Shown: positions 33,771 to 42,703 of the stretch, piece by piece
How positions within the stretch are numbered: the first letter of the stretch is position 1
Layout of the letters: each line of letters opens with the position of its first letter
Assembly: GCA_029261925.1 (NCBI GenBank)
Contig: JAJDAJ010000070.1
Coordinates: forward strand, 67,613 to 131,612
DNA from: Deltaproteobacteria bacterium
GTDB taxonomy: Bacteria; Myxococcota_A; UBA9160; SZUA-336
DNA: 64,000 bases
Reading direction: 5' to 3'
Notes under the pieces: model-generated
Told to the model about the DNA's origin: nothing
Databases searched by the model: none
Seen by the model: the letters and a program-made list of their open reading frames with translations, nothing else
Position numbers and translations under genes: made by a program

Positions 33771-35936
33771 ATGCCCATCGGCATCAGCGACGAGCACCAG
33801 GAGCTGGCCCGCGTCGCGCGCGCCTTTCTCACCGACAGCGGCGCCCGCGCGGCCTCGCGCGCGCTGCTCGAGGCTCCAGAGGAGCCGCTGCCTGCCTTCT
33901 GGAAGGCGCTGTGCGAGCTCGGCTGGACGGGGCTGCACCTGCCCGAGGCGCACGGGGGCCAGGGCTTCGGACTGCCCGAGCTCGCGGTGGTGCTCGAGGA
34001 GCTCGGCCATGCGGTCGCGCCCGGACCCTTCCTGCCGACCGTCTGGGCCTCGGCCGTGATCGACGCGGCCGGCAGCGAGGTGCACAGGAGCGAGCTGCTG
34101 CCGGGCCTGGCGCGCGGTGAGACCGTCGGCGCGGTCGGTCTCGGCGGCGCACTGTCGCGGGGCTCCGACGGGTCGGTCCACGGGACGGCGGGGCTCGTCC
34201 TGGGCGCCGGGCTCGCGGGGCTGCTCGTGCTCGCGGCCGGGGACGACCTGGTGATCGTCGAGCGCGACCAGCCCGGCGTGAGCGTCCTGCCGCGCCCGAG
34301 CATCGATCCGGGCCGTCGCGTCGCCGAGGTCACGCTCGATGCCGTGCCGGTCGCTGCCTCGCGCGTGCTCGGCGGCGCGCGCGGCACCGCGCTGCGCCTG
34401 GGTCGCGCGCTGGCGGCTGCCGAGGCCTCGGGCGCCGCCCACGCCTGCACGGAGATGGCCACGGAGTACGCGAAGGTCCGCGAGCAGTTCGGGCGCGTGA
34501 TCGGCACCTTCCAGGCGGTCAAGCACCACTGCGCGAACATGCGGGTCGAGGCCGAGCAGGCCACGGCCGCGGCCTGGGACGCGGCACGCGCCGAGGTCGA
34601 CGGGCAGCAGGCCGAGCTCGCCAGTGCCGTCGCGGCCGGCATCGCACTGCCGGCCCTCGCATTCTGCTGCCAGCTCAACGTGCAGGTGCACGGCGGCATC
34701 GGCTTCACCTGGGAGCACGACGCCCACCTGTACGTGCGCCGCTCCGGAGCGCTCTCGGCGATCTTCGGTCCCGACCTCGCCCTCGAGGACGTGACGCGAC
34801 TCTCACGGGAAGGCGTGGCCCGGAGCTACGCGCTCCAGCTGCCCCCCGAGGCCGAGGCGTTCCGCGCCGAGGCACGCGAGTTCATCGAGCGCTGCCGGTC
34901 CCTGCCCGGAGATCAGCAGCGCAAGGCGCTCTCCGACTCGGGCTACCTGGTGCCGCACTGGCCCAAGCCCTGGGGCCGCGAGGCGGGCGCGGTGGAGCAG
35001 CTCGTCATCGACCAGGAGTTCGCGGCCGCGGGCCTGCGGCGCCCCGAGCTCGGGATCAGCGGCTGGAACACCCTGACGATCGCGCAGCACGGTACCGAGG
35101 AGCAGATCGCCCGCTGGGTGCGGCCCGCGCTCGAGGGCGAGCTCGAGTTCTGCCAGCTCTTCAGCGAGCCCAGCGCGGGCTCCGACGCCGCGGGCGTGCA
35201 GACCCGCGGCATCAAGGTCGACGGCGGCTGGCTCGTGTCCGGCCAGAAGGTCTGGACGAGCGGCGCGCATCGCTGCAATCGCGGCTTCGCCACCGTGCGC
35301 ACCGATCCCGATGCCCCCAAGCACGGGGGCATCTCGATGATGGTGATCGACATGCACGCCAGGGGCGTCGAGATCCGACCGCTGCGTCAGGTGACCGGAC
35401 ACGCCGACTTCAACGAGGTCTTCCTCGACGAGGTCTTCGTTGCCGACACCGACGTTGTCGGCCCGGTGCACCAGGGCTGGACCGTGGCGCGCGCCACGCT
35501 CGGCAACGAGCGCGTCTCGATCGGCGGCGGCGTGGGAGGCGCACCGGACCGGCGCAGCTCACCGCTGCAGCTGCTCCACGAGCGCGCCCCCGACGACCGC
35601 GGCATGGCTCGCGAGGTCGGCGCGCTGGTTGCGGCCGACGGGGTGCTGAGCCTGATGAACCTGAGGCAGGCGGCGCGCGCCGTCGCCGGCGCCGAGCCCG
35701 GTCCCGAAGGCAACGTCACCAAGCTCCTGGGCTCAGAGCAGATCCTGCGCCGGGCGGCACTGGCCGCACGCCTCGTCGGTGAGGACGGCGCGCTCGCGGA
35801 GGGCGTCGGCGGAGCCGTGGCGATGGGCCTGCTCGCCTCGCGCGCCGGAGCGATCGCGGGCGGCACCTCGGAGATCGTGCGCAACCAGATCGCCGAGCGC
35901 ATCCTGCGCCTGCCCCGGGACCCGCTGCTGAAGTAG
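33771..35936 (+). CDS. Fused double acyl-CoA dehydrogenase (beta-like half + alpha-like half)
   Basis: ATG 33771 with GGAGGA upstream, 721 aa. The N-terminal half ends VQVHGGIGFTWEHDAHLYVRRS, as in CDS 24126..25268. The C-terminal half has FSEPSAGSDAAG, VSGQKVWTSGAH and IAGGTSEIVRNQIAERIL, as in CDS 25265..26512. Confidence 0.85.
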   Translation: MPIGISDEHQELARVARAFLTDSGARAASRALLEAPEEPLPAFWKALCELGWTGLHLPEAHGGQGFGLPELAVVLEELGHAVAPGPFLPTVWASAVIDAAGSEVHRSELLPGLARGETVGAVGLGGALSRGSDGSVHGTAGLVLGAGLAGLLVLAAGDDLVIVERDQPGVSVLPRPSIDPGRRVAEVTLDAVPVAASRVLGGARGTALRLGRALAAAEASGAAHACTEMATEYAKVREQFGRVIGTFQAVKHHCANMRVEAEQATAAAWDAARAEVDGQQAELASAVAAGIALPALAFCCQLNVQVHGGIGFTWEHDAHLYVRRSGALSAIFGPDLALEDVTRLSREGVARSYALQLPPEAEAFRAEAREFIERCRSLPGDQQRKALSDSGYLVPHWPKPWGREAGAVEQLVIDQEFAAAGLRRPELGISGWNTLTIAQHGTEEQIARWVRPALEGELEFCQLFSEPSAGSDAAGVQTRGIKVDGGWLVSGQKVWTSGAHRCNRGFATVRTDPDAPKHGGISMMVIDMHARGVEIRPLRQVTGHADFNEVFLDEVFVADTDVVGPVHQGWTVARATLGNERVSIGGGVGGAPDRRSSPLQLLHERAPDDRGMAREVGALVAADGVLSLMNLRQAARAVAGAEPGPEGNVTKLLGSEQILRRAALAARLVGEDGALAEGVGGAVAMGLLASRAGAIAGGTSEIVRNQIAERILRLPRDPLLK

Positions 35937-35987
35937 ACCGGCCGCAGCGCGTTCCTGACCTGGTATGCCCGCCATCGGCTGCTCGCG

Positions 35988-36734
35988 CTACAGGAAGTCG
36001 TACTCGAGGGGGATCAGCGGCCGGAACGGCCCGCCGAAGAGCAGCCGGACGGCCTTTCCCGGCGCCTCGAGGCGCCCCCGATCGCGCAGTCCCGGCATGC
36101 GCTCGCGCAGCGCGGCCAGGGCCCTGGCGGGATGCGCGTCCAGGTAGAACAGGTTCATGAAGCGACCGTCGCGCTCCGGATCCGGATCCACCGGCACCAG
36201 GTGCACCGCCGCCAGGAAGCCCGGCGTCTCGAGGATGTCGGGGATGTGGACCTGGTCGTACCACGCCTCGATCTCCGCGGTCCGCGCCTTCTCGGTGATC
36301 CTCCCGATCGAGACCTGGATCGCCACGTGGCCGATGTACGGGATCGCCACGGGCTCGATCCCGAGGTCGCTGCGGCTCCAGGCGTTGACCAGGCGCTGCG
36401 GACCCTCGTAGCTCGAGCGACCCTTGCCGAAGCCGCGGCCCTCGGTGCCGAGTCGGGCCGCCAGGGCGGCCATCGCGCCCATGCCCGCAGCCACGTTCTC
36501 CGTCGCGTAGCTGTACACGTGGCAGTAGGCCGCGCGCCCCGGCTCGAAGGTCGGCTCCTCCACCGGTCCGCGCAGCGCCTGGTACTCGGGCGTTGCCACG
36601 TAGCGGCGCGCCCCGGCAAGCTCGGACAGAGCGGCGTTCTCGGGACCCATGGTCAGGTCCCACCAGCGGTTGTACTCCAGCGCGTGCTCGGGCTTCACAT
36701 CCACGAACCCGATGCCCATGCCGTGTACTCGCAT
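35988..36734 (-). CDS. Hypothetical protein (possible tandem EthD/Dabb-like fold)
   Basis: 248-aa ORF with ordinary amino-acid composition, 26 nt downstream of the amidohydrolase gene on the same strand. Weak resemblance to CDS 44361..45110 (YxxW..L...PE near the N-terminus; PF..L.P near the C-terminus). Confidence 0.6.
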   Translation of the reverse strand: MRVHGMGIGFVDVKPEHALEYNRWWDLTMGPENAALSELAGARRYVATPEYQALRGPVEEPTFEPGRAAYCHVYSYATENVAAGMGAMAALAARLGTEGRGFGKGRSSYEGPQRLVNAWSRSDLGIEPVAIPYIGHVAIQVSIGRITEKARTAEIEAWYDQVHIPDILETPGFLAAVHLVPVDPDPERDGRFMNLFYLDAHPARALAALRERMPGLRDRGRLEAPGKAVRLLFGGPFRPLIPLEYDFL

Positions 36735-36760
36735 CCTGGGCCTCCGACGCGTCCCCGGAC

Positions 36761-37930
36761 TCAGAGCCGGTACAGCTTCCGGGCGTTCTCGCCGAGGATC
36801 TTGCGCCGCGCCCCGGGCGTGAGCGTGGCGAGCCTCGGCTCGACGGACTTCAGGGGGTTCGGGTACAGGCAGGTCGGATGCGGGAAGTCCGTCTCGAACA
36901 GGATGCTGTCCTCGCCGATCGCCTCGATCAGGTCAGGCAGCTTGTTGCGATGGGTCTCGAACCAGTAGGTCGCGTAGAGATTGCTGCGGAAGTACTCCGA
37001 GGGCAGCTTCTTCAGCTTCCTGAGCTCGTCGGGCGCATTCTCGTTCATCTCGTAGTCCAGCGCCTCGAGGATGAAGGGAACCCATCCGAGGGCGCTCTCC
37101 ACGGAGACCATCTTCAGACCGGGATGCCGGTCGAACATCCCGGACACGATGGCATTGGCCACGACGCGCGCATTTCCGAAGAACAGCAGCGTTCCGCTGA
37201 GCGCGAGCTGCGTGTTGGAAGCCTGCGACGGCCAGTGGTAGTTCCCCCGGAACGCCTCCGCGGTCATGCTCGCACCGATGTGGAAGTGCACGGGCATCTG
37301 CAGCTCCGCGCACACCTCCCAGAACGGATCCCACGCCGGATGCGCGAGGTCCGGTGCGCCGAGATCCTGCGGGTCCGAGGTCATGTTGATCCCGCGGGCG
37401 CCGTTGCGTCCCACCCGCCTGGCCTCTTCGACCGCCACGCCGACGTCCCACGCGGGCAGCACCGGCAGCGGCAGGAGCCGGTTGTTCGAGCTGGCCTGGA
37501 TCTCGGCCTGCGCATCGTTGTAGAGCTGGATCGTCACGAGCGACAGCTCGTGGTCGCCGATCTTGCTCAGGTGCTCCCCGCCGAGACCGATCGTGCTGGG
37601 GAAGATGATCTGCGCGTCGATGCCGCACTCGTCGAGCACCTGCAGGCGAACCACCGGGTCGTAGGCGCCCACGTGGACGTCGTCGAGCGTCCACTCGAAC
37701 AGCCCGAGCTCGGCAGGCACCTTGCTGCCGTCCCGAGCGATGACGGCAGCGGCACTGACACGGCCGACGGGCTGGCCGTCGAAGACCCACGTGGGCTCGC
37801 CATCGACCTCCTCCACGCGAGGGACCCGGTCCCTGTACTTTGCGGGAGCGATCCTGGTGAACAGGTCGGGAGGCTCGGACCAGTGGGAATCGGCGTCAAC
37901 GATGAACAGGTCTTCCGCGATCGTCTGCAT
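36761..37930 (-). CDS. Amidohydrolase family 2, paralog C (close to paralog A)
   Basis: 389 aa. IVDADSHWSEP, GINMTSDPQDLGAPDLAHPAWDPFWEVCAELQMPVHFHIGAS and LFETDFPHPTC are near-identical blocks to CDS 10904..12082. Confidence 0.9.
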   Translation of the reverse strand: MQTIAEDLFIVDADSHWSEPPDLFTRIAPAKYRDRVPRVEEVDGEPTWVFDGQPVGRVSAAAVIARDGSKVPAELGLFEWTLDDVHVGAYDPVVRLQVLDECGIDAQIIFPSTIGLGGEHLSKIGDHELSLVTIQLYNDAQAEIQASSNNRLLPLPVLPAWDVGVAVEEARRVGRNGARGINMTSDPQDLGAPDLAHPAWDPFWEVCAELQMPVHFHIGASMTAEAFRGNYHWPSQASNTQLALSGTLLFFGNARVVANAIVSGMFDRHPGLKMVSVESALGWVPFILEALDYEMNENAPDELRKLKKLPSEYFRSNLYATYWFETHRNKLPDLIEAIGEDSILFETDFPHPTCLYPNPLKSVEPRLATLTPGARRKILGENARKLYRL

Positions 37931-37982
37931 GCGCTCTTTCTCCTCGGTCCTCAGCCAGTGGGCTGCATCGCAGGCATACTAG

Positions 37983-37995
37983 CCCTGATCCGACA
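37983..37995. repeat. IS left inverted repeat (CCCTGATCCGACA)
   Basis: Read directly. Begins with CC, as I recall for IS1380-family ends. Confidence 0.8.
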
Positions 37996-38091
37996 TTCGA
38001 TCTTGGGGTGAAACGCCCAAATTGAAAGTGGCCTCGACGGAGGTAGAAGTGAAGTTGCAACGCAACACGCCTCCTCCGAAGGGCCACTGTC

Positions 38092-39477
38092 GTGCGTCTA
38101 AGAAAACGCGATCTTCGCGTCCGGGTCAAGGGTTCCTGGCCGATCCGTTTCTCCAGGGAGCAGATTTCCGCCTACGGGGGCCTGGAGTTCTTCCGGCGCT
38201 TCCTGTTCGCCATCGACATGCCGCGGCGGCTGCGCGAAGCGCTCGCGCCCCACGGACTCGACGGCGACTACGGAGCGGCGCGGCTCGCTCTTGCGATCGT
38301 GGCGCTGATCGTGGTCGGGGGGCTGCGCATCAGCCACATTGCCTTCCTGGGCCAGGACCCGGTGGTGCTGCGATTCGTCGGGCTCAAGCGGCTGCCCAGT
38401 GATCGAACACTCGGCCGCTGGCTGGAGCGGTTTTCGAGTCCCGCGCTGCTTTCCCTGGAGATCTTGATCCGCGACCTGGTCTACGAGCAGGTCGAGCGCT
38501 CCAACCTGAACCGATTGACCCTCGATATCGATGGGACCGTCCTGCGCACGGGGGTACGGGTGGAGGGCACGGCGCGTGGCTACAACCCCCACCACCCCAA
38601 GGACAAGTCGTACTACCCCCTGACGGCCCACATCGCCGAGCTCGGCCAGATCCTGCGCGTGCGCAACCGACCCGGAAACGTCAACGACGCACATGGAGCT
38701 GTCGGCTTCCTCCGGGTCATCGTCGAGGAACTGCGCTCGCACTTCGGCGGCCGGATGCCCGTGCGGCTGCGCATGGATGGCGCCTTCTTCACGCCCCAGA
38801 TCCTGCAGTTTCTCGACGATCGAGACGATCTGGGCTGGGCGATGAAGGTGCCGCTGTGGCAGTGGCTGGGGATTCGAGAGGAGATCTCCCGGCGCCACAC
38901 CTGGGTACAGGTCGCACCGGGCATCGAGGGCTTCGTGACGGCCGTGATCTTCGATCGCCCTCGCTGGCCGCAAGCCGTGCCCATCGTGGTCTACCGCAAG
39001 CACGTCTCTCATCGGACTCGCAAGAACTTCCAGCTCGACCTGTTCACGCCCGATGACGGGCACTACGAGTACTCGGCCGTCGCGTCCAACCTCGGGCTCG
39101 GCATCCGGAACCTGTGGAAGTTCATGGCGGGACGAGGCGCCCATGAAAAGACCCTCGGCGATCTCAAGACGCACTTCGCGTTCGACGTGATCCCCAGCCA
39201 GGATCGCCACGCCAATCGCGCCTGGCAGATGCTCAGTGTGCTGACGTTGAACCTGGTGCGCAGCTTCCAGATCCAGCTCGGTGCACCCCGCCGCAAGCAC
39301 ACGGCCAAGTACACCTACCTCTACGAGTTCCAGAGCCTGCGCACGCTCGGCTTCGAGCTCATCCGACTGCCCGCACGGCTGGTCACACCCGCAGGACGTG
39401 CCCAGCTCCGATTTGCGATCCCACCGCCTGCCCGGCGGCGTGTCGAACGCGCCCTGCAACATCTCGAAGCTGCCTGA
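38092..39477 (+). CDS. IS1380-family DDE transposase
   Basis: 461-aa ORF (GTG 38092; TTG 38056 also possible). ISAYGGLEFF..., LTLDIDGTV, ARGYNPHHPKDKSYYPL, NRPGNVNDAHGAVGFL, VRLRMDGAFF and GAHEKTLGDLK fit the IS1380 (PF13701-type) pattern as I remember it. Confidence 0.85.
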   Translation: MRLRKRDLRVRVKGSWPIRFSREQISAYGGLEFFRRFLFAIDMPRRLREALAPHGLDGDYGAARLALAIVALIVVGGLRISHIAFLGQDPVVLRFVGLKRLPSDRTLGRWLERFSSPALLSLEILIRDLVYEQVERSNLNRLTLDIDGTVLRTGVRVEGTARGYNPHHPKDKSYYPLTAHIAELGQILRVRNRPGNVNDAHGAVGFLRVIVEELRSHFGGRMPVRLRMDGAFFTPQILQFLDDRDDLGWAMKVPLWQWLGIREEISRRHTWVQVAPGIEGFVTAVIFDRPRWPQAVPIVVYRKHVSHRTRKNFQLDLFTPDDGHYEYSAVASNLGLGIRNLWKFMAGRGAHEKTLGDLKTHFAFDVIPSQDRHANRAWQMLSVLTLNLVRSFQIQLGAPRRKHTAKYTYLYEFQSLRTLGFELIRLPARLVTPAGRAQLRFAIPPPARRRVERALQHLEAA

Positions 39478-39512
39478 GACTCAGCCCGCTACCTCCCAAC
39501 GGCCCGATTTAT

Positions 39513-39525
39513 TGTCGGATCAGGG
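39513..39525. repeat. IS right inverted repeat (TGTCGGATCAGGG)
   Basis: Exact reverse complement of 37983-37995. Confidence 0.8.
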
Positions 39526-39837
39526 CTAGCCGGGGGCACGTGCCGCTGGCAAAGACCCGGACGCAAGCCTGCTGGGGCCGGGCCGCGAGGTCGCGAACCG
39601 CATGCTGCGTTGGCGCCCGCGCCTCGCGCGCTCTCGCAATGCGCCGCATCCTCCTTCGGCGCTCCGGAACGCAGCATCTCGCCGTGACCGGCCGCGTCCA
39701 CCCTGCAGCGGCAGCGGCACGTGTCGTCGAGGTCGACAGGGCACAGGTTGCTCGGAGGTGACCACATCGATAGCCTGCCGCACGCTTGCCTGCCCCTCTT
39801 CCTGATGACCCTGACCCAGACTTGGAGCTGAACTCGT

Positions 39838-41163
39838 ATGAACCTGACCCACCGCGATCTCCGCTACCTGACCGTTGCGACTCTCCTCAGCGCCGTGCTC
39901 CTGTGGCCGGCGGCAGGATCCGCACAGCAGAGCTTCACGCATCGCCTGACCTCGATCGTCTACGACTACGACAACAACGGCACGACCGACGCGACGACCC
40001 TGTTCGAGTACGACACCAGCGGGCGCGCCACCTCCACGAGCTACGCGTATGCGGGGGATGGCACGCCCGATCTGTTCGTCACCGAGGATGACGACGCCGC
40101 TTCCGAGGCGGGCGTCGTGGGCTACGATGCGGACGATCTATTGACCTCATTTGCCCTGGTTCGACAGCTGATGGGAGGGGGCACCGAGGAGTTCGATTCG
40201 ACGTTCACTTTCGTGAATGGCGCGCTCACCCGCGTGGACTCGGCGTTCATGCTGGGCGGAGTCCCGAACGCGGGCTTCACGACGGTGAGCTACCTGGACG
40301 GCAGGATCGACAGGATCGAGGACCGCATGACGTCGAACGGAGCGCTCGTATCCGAGCAGTTCTACGCCTACGGGCCGGACGATCTCCCGAACCTCGTGAC
40401 CTTCGAATCCTCGGGCATCGACGCCGTCACCACACTCGCGTTTCGAGGCGACGGCCAGCTCGATGATCTCTCGACAACCGTCACGTTCGGCGCGGCGCAG
40501 ATCGGGGCAGGCGGTGCCGATTACGCGTACGACGCCGACGGCGTCATCCAGAGCGAGGCGTGGGCGATGACGGGCACGGTCGGATCCCCCTTCGCAGAGT
40601 TCCAGGGCGTGAGCTACCGGAAGACCTACACCTACGACGCCGCCAACCTCAAGGCCCTCGAGCAGATCGACATCGGCGATGACGGAAGCGTCGAGGCAAC
40701 GCGAACGTTCGTCTGGCAGCCAGGAGCCTGTGTGCCAGCGTTCATCTTCGCGCAGAACGGGCGCCCGAACTTCGCACGCTTCGACGGCCTCTCCTACGTT
40801 CCGGGAACCGGAGCCACCTATCTCGAGAACTGCGGTCCCGTCGGCTGTAGCGACCCCTCCGATCTGGACTGCGATGGCATCGCGAACGTGCTGGACCTGT
40901 GCCCCTTCTTCAGCTCGCCGAACCAGACGGACTCCGACATGAACGGGATCGGCAATGTGTGCGAGTGCGGGGATCAGAACGGTGACGGATTCGTCAACGT
41001 GGCCGACATCCTGGACATCAACGCGGCAATCTTCGAGCTCCAGCCAGCGGGACCCCTGTGCGACACGAATGACGATGGTCTTTGCAACATTGCCGATGTC
41101 CTCGGGGTGAACGCCAGGATCTTCGGTACGCCGGCGCACTGCGCGAGGTACCCGGCGCCGTAG
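39838..41163 (+). CDS. Secreted YD-repeat-like protein with TSP3/dockerin-like C-terminal module
   Basis: 441 aa. Signal peptide LTVATLLSAVLLWPAAGSA. YD-type repeats (YDYDNNG, YAYAGDG, YAYDADG, YTYDAAN). C-terminal DLDCDGIANVLDLCP..DSDMNGIGNVCECGDQNGDGFVNVADILDINAAIF..LCDTNDDGLCNIADVLGVNARIFG..CARYPAP. Confidence 0.8.
   Translation: MNLTHRDLRYLTVATLLSAVLLWPAAGSAQQSFTHRLTSIVYDYDNNGTTDATTLFEYDTSGRATSTSYAYAGDGTPDLFVTEDDDAASEAGVVGYDADDLLTSFALVRQLMGGGTEEFDSTFTFVNGALTRVDSAFMLGGVPNAGFTTVSYLDGRIDRIEDRMTSNGALVSEQFYAYGPDDLPNLVTFESSGIDAVTTLAFRGDGQLDDLSTTVTFGAAQIGAGGADYAYDADGVIQSEAWAMTGTVGSPFAEFQGVSYRKTYTYDAANLKALEQIDIGDDGSVEATRTFVWQPGACVPAFIFAQNGRPNFARFDGLSYVPGTGATYLENCGPVGCSDPSDLDCDGIANVLDLCPFFSSPNQTDSDMNGIGNVCECGDQNGDGFVNVADILDINAAIFELQPAGPLCDTNDDGLCNIADVLGVNARIFGTPAHCARYPAP
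40846..41163 (+). other. TSP3 + dockerin-like Cys-containing C-terminal module (domain, copy 4)
   Basis: See CDS 39838..41163. Confidence 0.7.
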
Positions 41164-41359
41164 CAGTGCGGCGTGAAGCGCGAGCCCGCAGGGACTCGCA
41201 CTGGCCTGTTTCCCGGGACCTGGGGCACCTGCACAGGCGGTCGGGTAGCCATGTGGTGCCAGACCGATGACACGCTGTACCCGGACTACACTGATCCGTG
41301 AATACCCGCGCCTGGGCTGAGCCGCTCGGCTCTGCCAGGCGACTGCACTGGAGGATGGC

Positions 41360-42286
41360 ATGACTCAGCTCTCCGGGCGTCGCGTCCTCATCACCGGTGC
41401 GAGCGGACTCGTGGCATTGCCCGTCGCCGTGGCACTTGCCCGGTCCAACGAGGTCCATGCAGTGGCGCGCTTCTCGGACCCCGGGCAGAAGCGCCTGATC
41501 GAGGCCGCCGGCGCGCACGCCATCCCCTTCGACCTTGCGAATCCGGACCTGTCACCGCTGCCAGAGTCGGTTGATGTCGTGATCAACTACGCGGTCCTGC
41601 CGCCGGGCCACAAGGATGCCTACGAGGTCAATGCGGGCGCCGCAGGGCGTCTGGCCCGGCGCTACCGCGACTGCGAGGCCTTCGTCCACGGCAGCACGGG
41701 CTCGCTGTACCAGTACCAGGGGGAGCGCCCATTGCGCGAGGACGATCCCTATGGCCTGCACAGCTCGGCCGAGCCCTACGCCGCCAGCAAGATCGCGGCG
41801 GAATTCCTCATCAAGCACCTGAGCGAGGACTACCAGATGCCGGCGACGATCGTCCGGATCTTCTCGTTCTACGGCCCCCGGGGCGGAGGCGTCACCCAGC
41901 GGATCGATCAGGTCGCCCGGGGGGAGGCCGTGAGTGTCTACCCCGGCGTCCGCAACGTTCACACGCCCCTGTACGAGGACGACTACGTCGAGAAGACGAT
42001 CGCGGCGGCTGGAATCGCGAAGCCCGGAGCCGAGATCATCAATCTCGCCGGAACCGAGCCGGTGACCACGCAGGAGTACTGCCGGATGGCCGGGGAGATG
42101 CTCGGCAAGGAGCCGATCTTCGTGGAGAACAGCAGGGCCTGGCCCATCTGGGCCGATACCGGCAAGATGGTCGAGCTGCTCGGCCCGAACAAGATCTCGG
42201 TCCGGGAAGGCGTGCGCCGGTCGGTCGAGGCTGCGCAGGCCGAACGCGTGGCCACGCACCATGTGATTGGCGAGCCGGGGGACTAG
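41360..42286 (+). CDS. NAD-dependent epimerase/dehydratase family protein
   Basis: 308 aa. VLITGASGLV, YAASKIAAE (YxxxK). Confidence 0.85.
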   Translation: MTQLSGRRVLITGASGLVALPVAVALARSNEVHAVARFSDPGQKRLIEAAGAHAIPFDLANPDLSPLPESVDVVINYAVLPPGHKDAYEVNAGAAGRLARRYRDCEAFVHGSTGSLYQYQGERPLREDDPYGLHSSAEPYAASKIAAEFLIKHLSEDYQMPATIVRIFSFYGPRGGGVTQRIDQVARGEAVSVYPGVRNVHTPLYEDDYVEKTIAAAGIAKPGAEIINLAGTEPVTTQEYCRMAGEMLGKEPIFVENSRAWPIWADTGKMVELLGPNKISVREGVRRSVEAAQAERVATHHVIGEPGD

Positions 42287-42343
42287 GCGGCGACCGTCTT
42301 CGCGGCGCGAGCCCGGTGCCTCGGTAGCGGGAAGAAGAACCGG

Positions 42344-42703
42344 ATGATCACGTTCATCGCCCATCTACGGGTGAAGCCCGAGAACGCCGCCGCGTTCGAG
42401 GCACTGATGACCCATGTCGCCGCCATGACGCACGAGCACGAGCCGGGCGTGCTCTACTACGAGTTCGCCAGGAGTGTCGATGAGCCCGACACTTATGTGG
42501 TGGTGGAGGTCTACCAGGACGTGCAGGTCCATGCGGCGCACATGGAGAGCGAGTGGGTCCGGGAGGGGCTCCCCAGGTCCGCGCAGCTGATCGAGGGAGA
42601 GCCCGACATCAAGCAGTACGTCAGCCCTGGAGCCGAGCCCGTGCGCCGTCGCTCGCCCGGACGGGACATCCCACCGCACGGGAACGCCGATGACCACGGA
42701 TGA
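42344..42703 (+). CDS. Antibiotic-biosynthesis-monooxygenase (ABM/YgiN-like) domain protein
   Basis: 119 aa. MITFIAHLRVKPENAAAFEALM...EPGVLYYEF...YVVVEVYQD..VHAAHMES is the typical ABM ferredoxin-like pattern. The C-terminal tail overlaps the next gene by 14 nt. Confidence 0.75.
   Translation: MITFIAHLRVKPENAAAFEALMTHVAAMTHEHEPGVLYYEFARSVDEPDTYVVVEVYQDVQVHAAHMESEWVREGLPRSAQLIEGEPDIKQYVSPGAEPVRRRSPGRDIPPHGNADDHG

Larger units (their letters stand above)
37983..39525 (+). mobile_element. IS1380-family insertion sequence (1543 bp) with 4-bp CTAG target duplication
   Basis: Perfect 13-bp terminal inverted repeats: CCCTGATCCGACA at 37983-37995 and its reverse complement at 39513-39525. CTAG flanks both sides (37979-37982, 39526-39529). 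Single DDE transposase ORF inside. Confidence 0.8.

Noticed and set aside
37979-37982. CTAG read as a target-site duplication
   Set aside because: Not fully rejected. Because CTAG is its own reverse complement, the same bases can be read as an extension of the inverted repeat (17-bp IR, no duplication). Only an empty-site comparison can decide.
39489-39767. 92-aa Cys-containing ORF in the IS-flanking intergenic region
   Set aside because: It has no start context and no motif, and lies in the original divergent promoter region split by the IS. It is probably non-coding.
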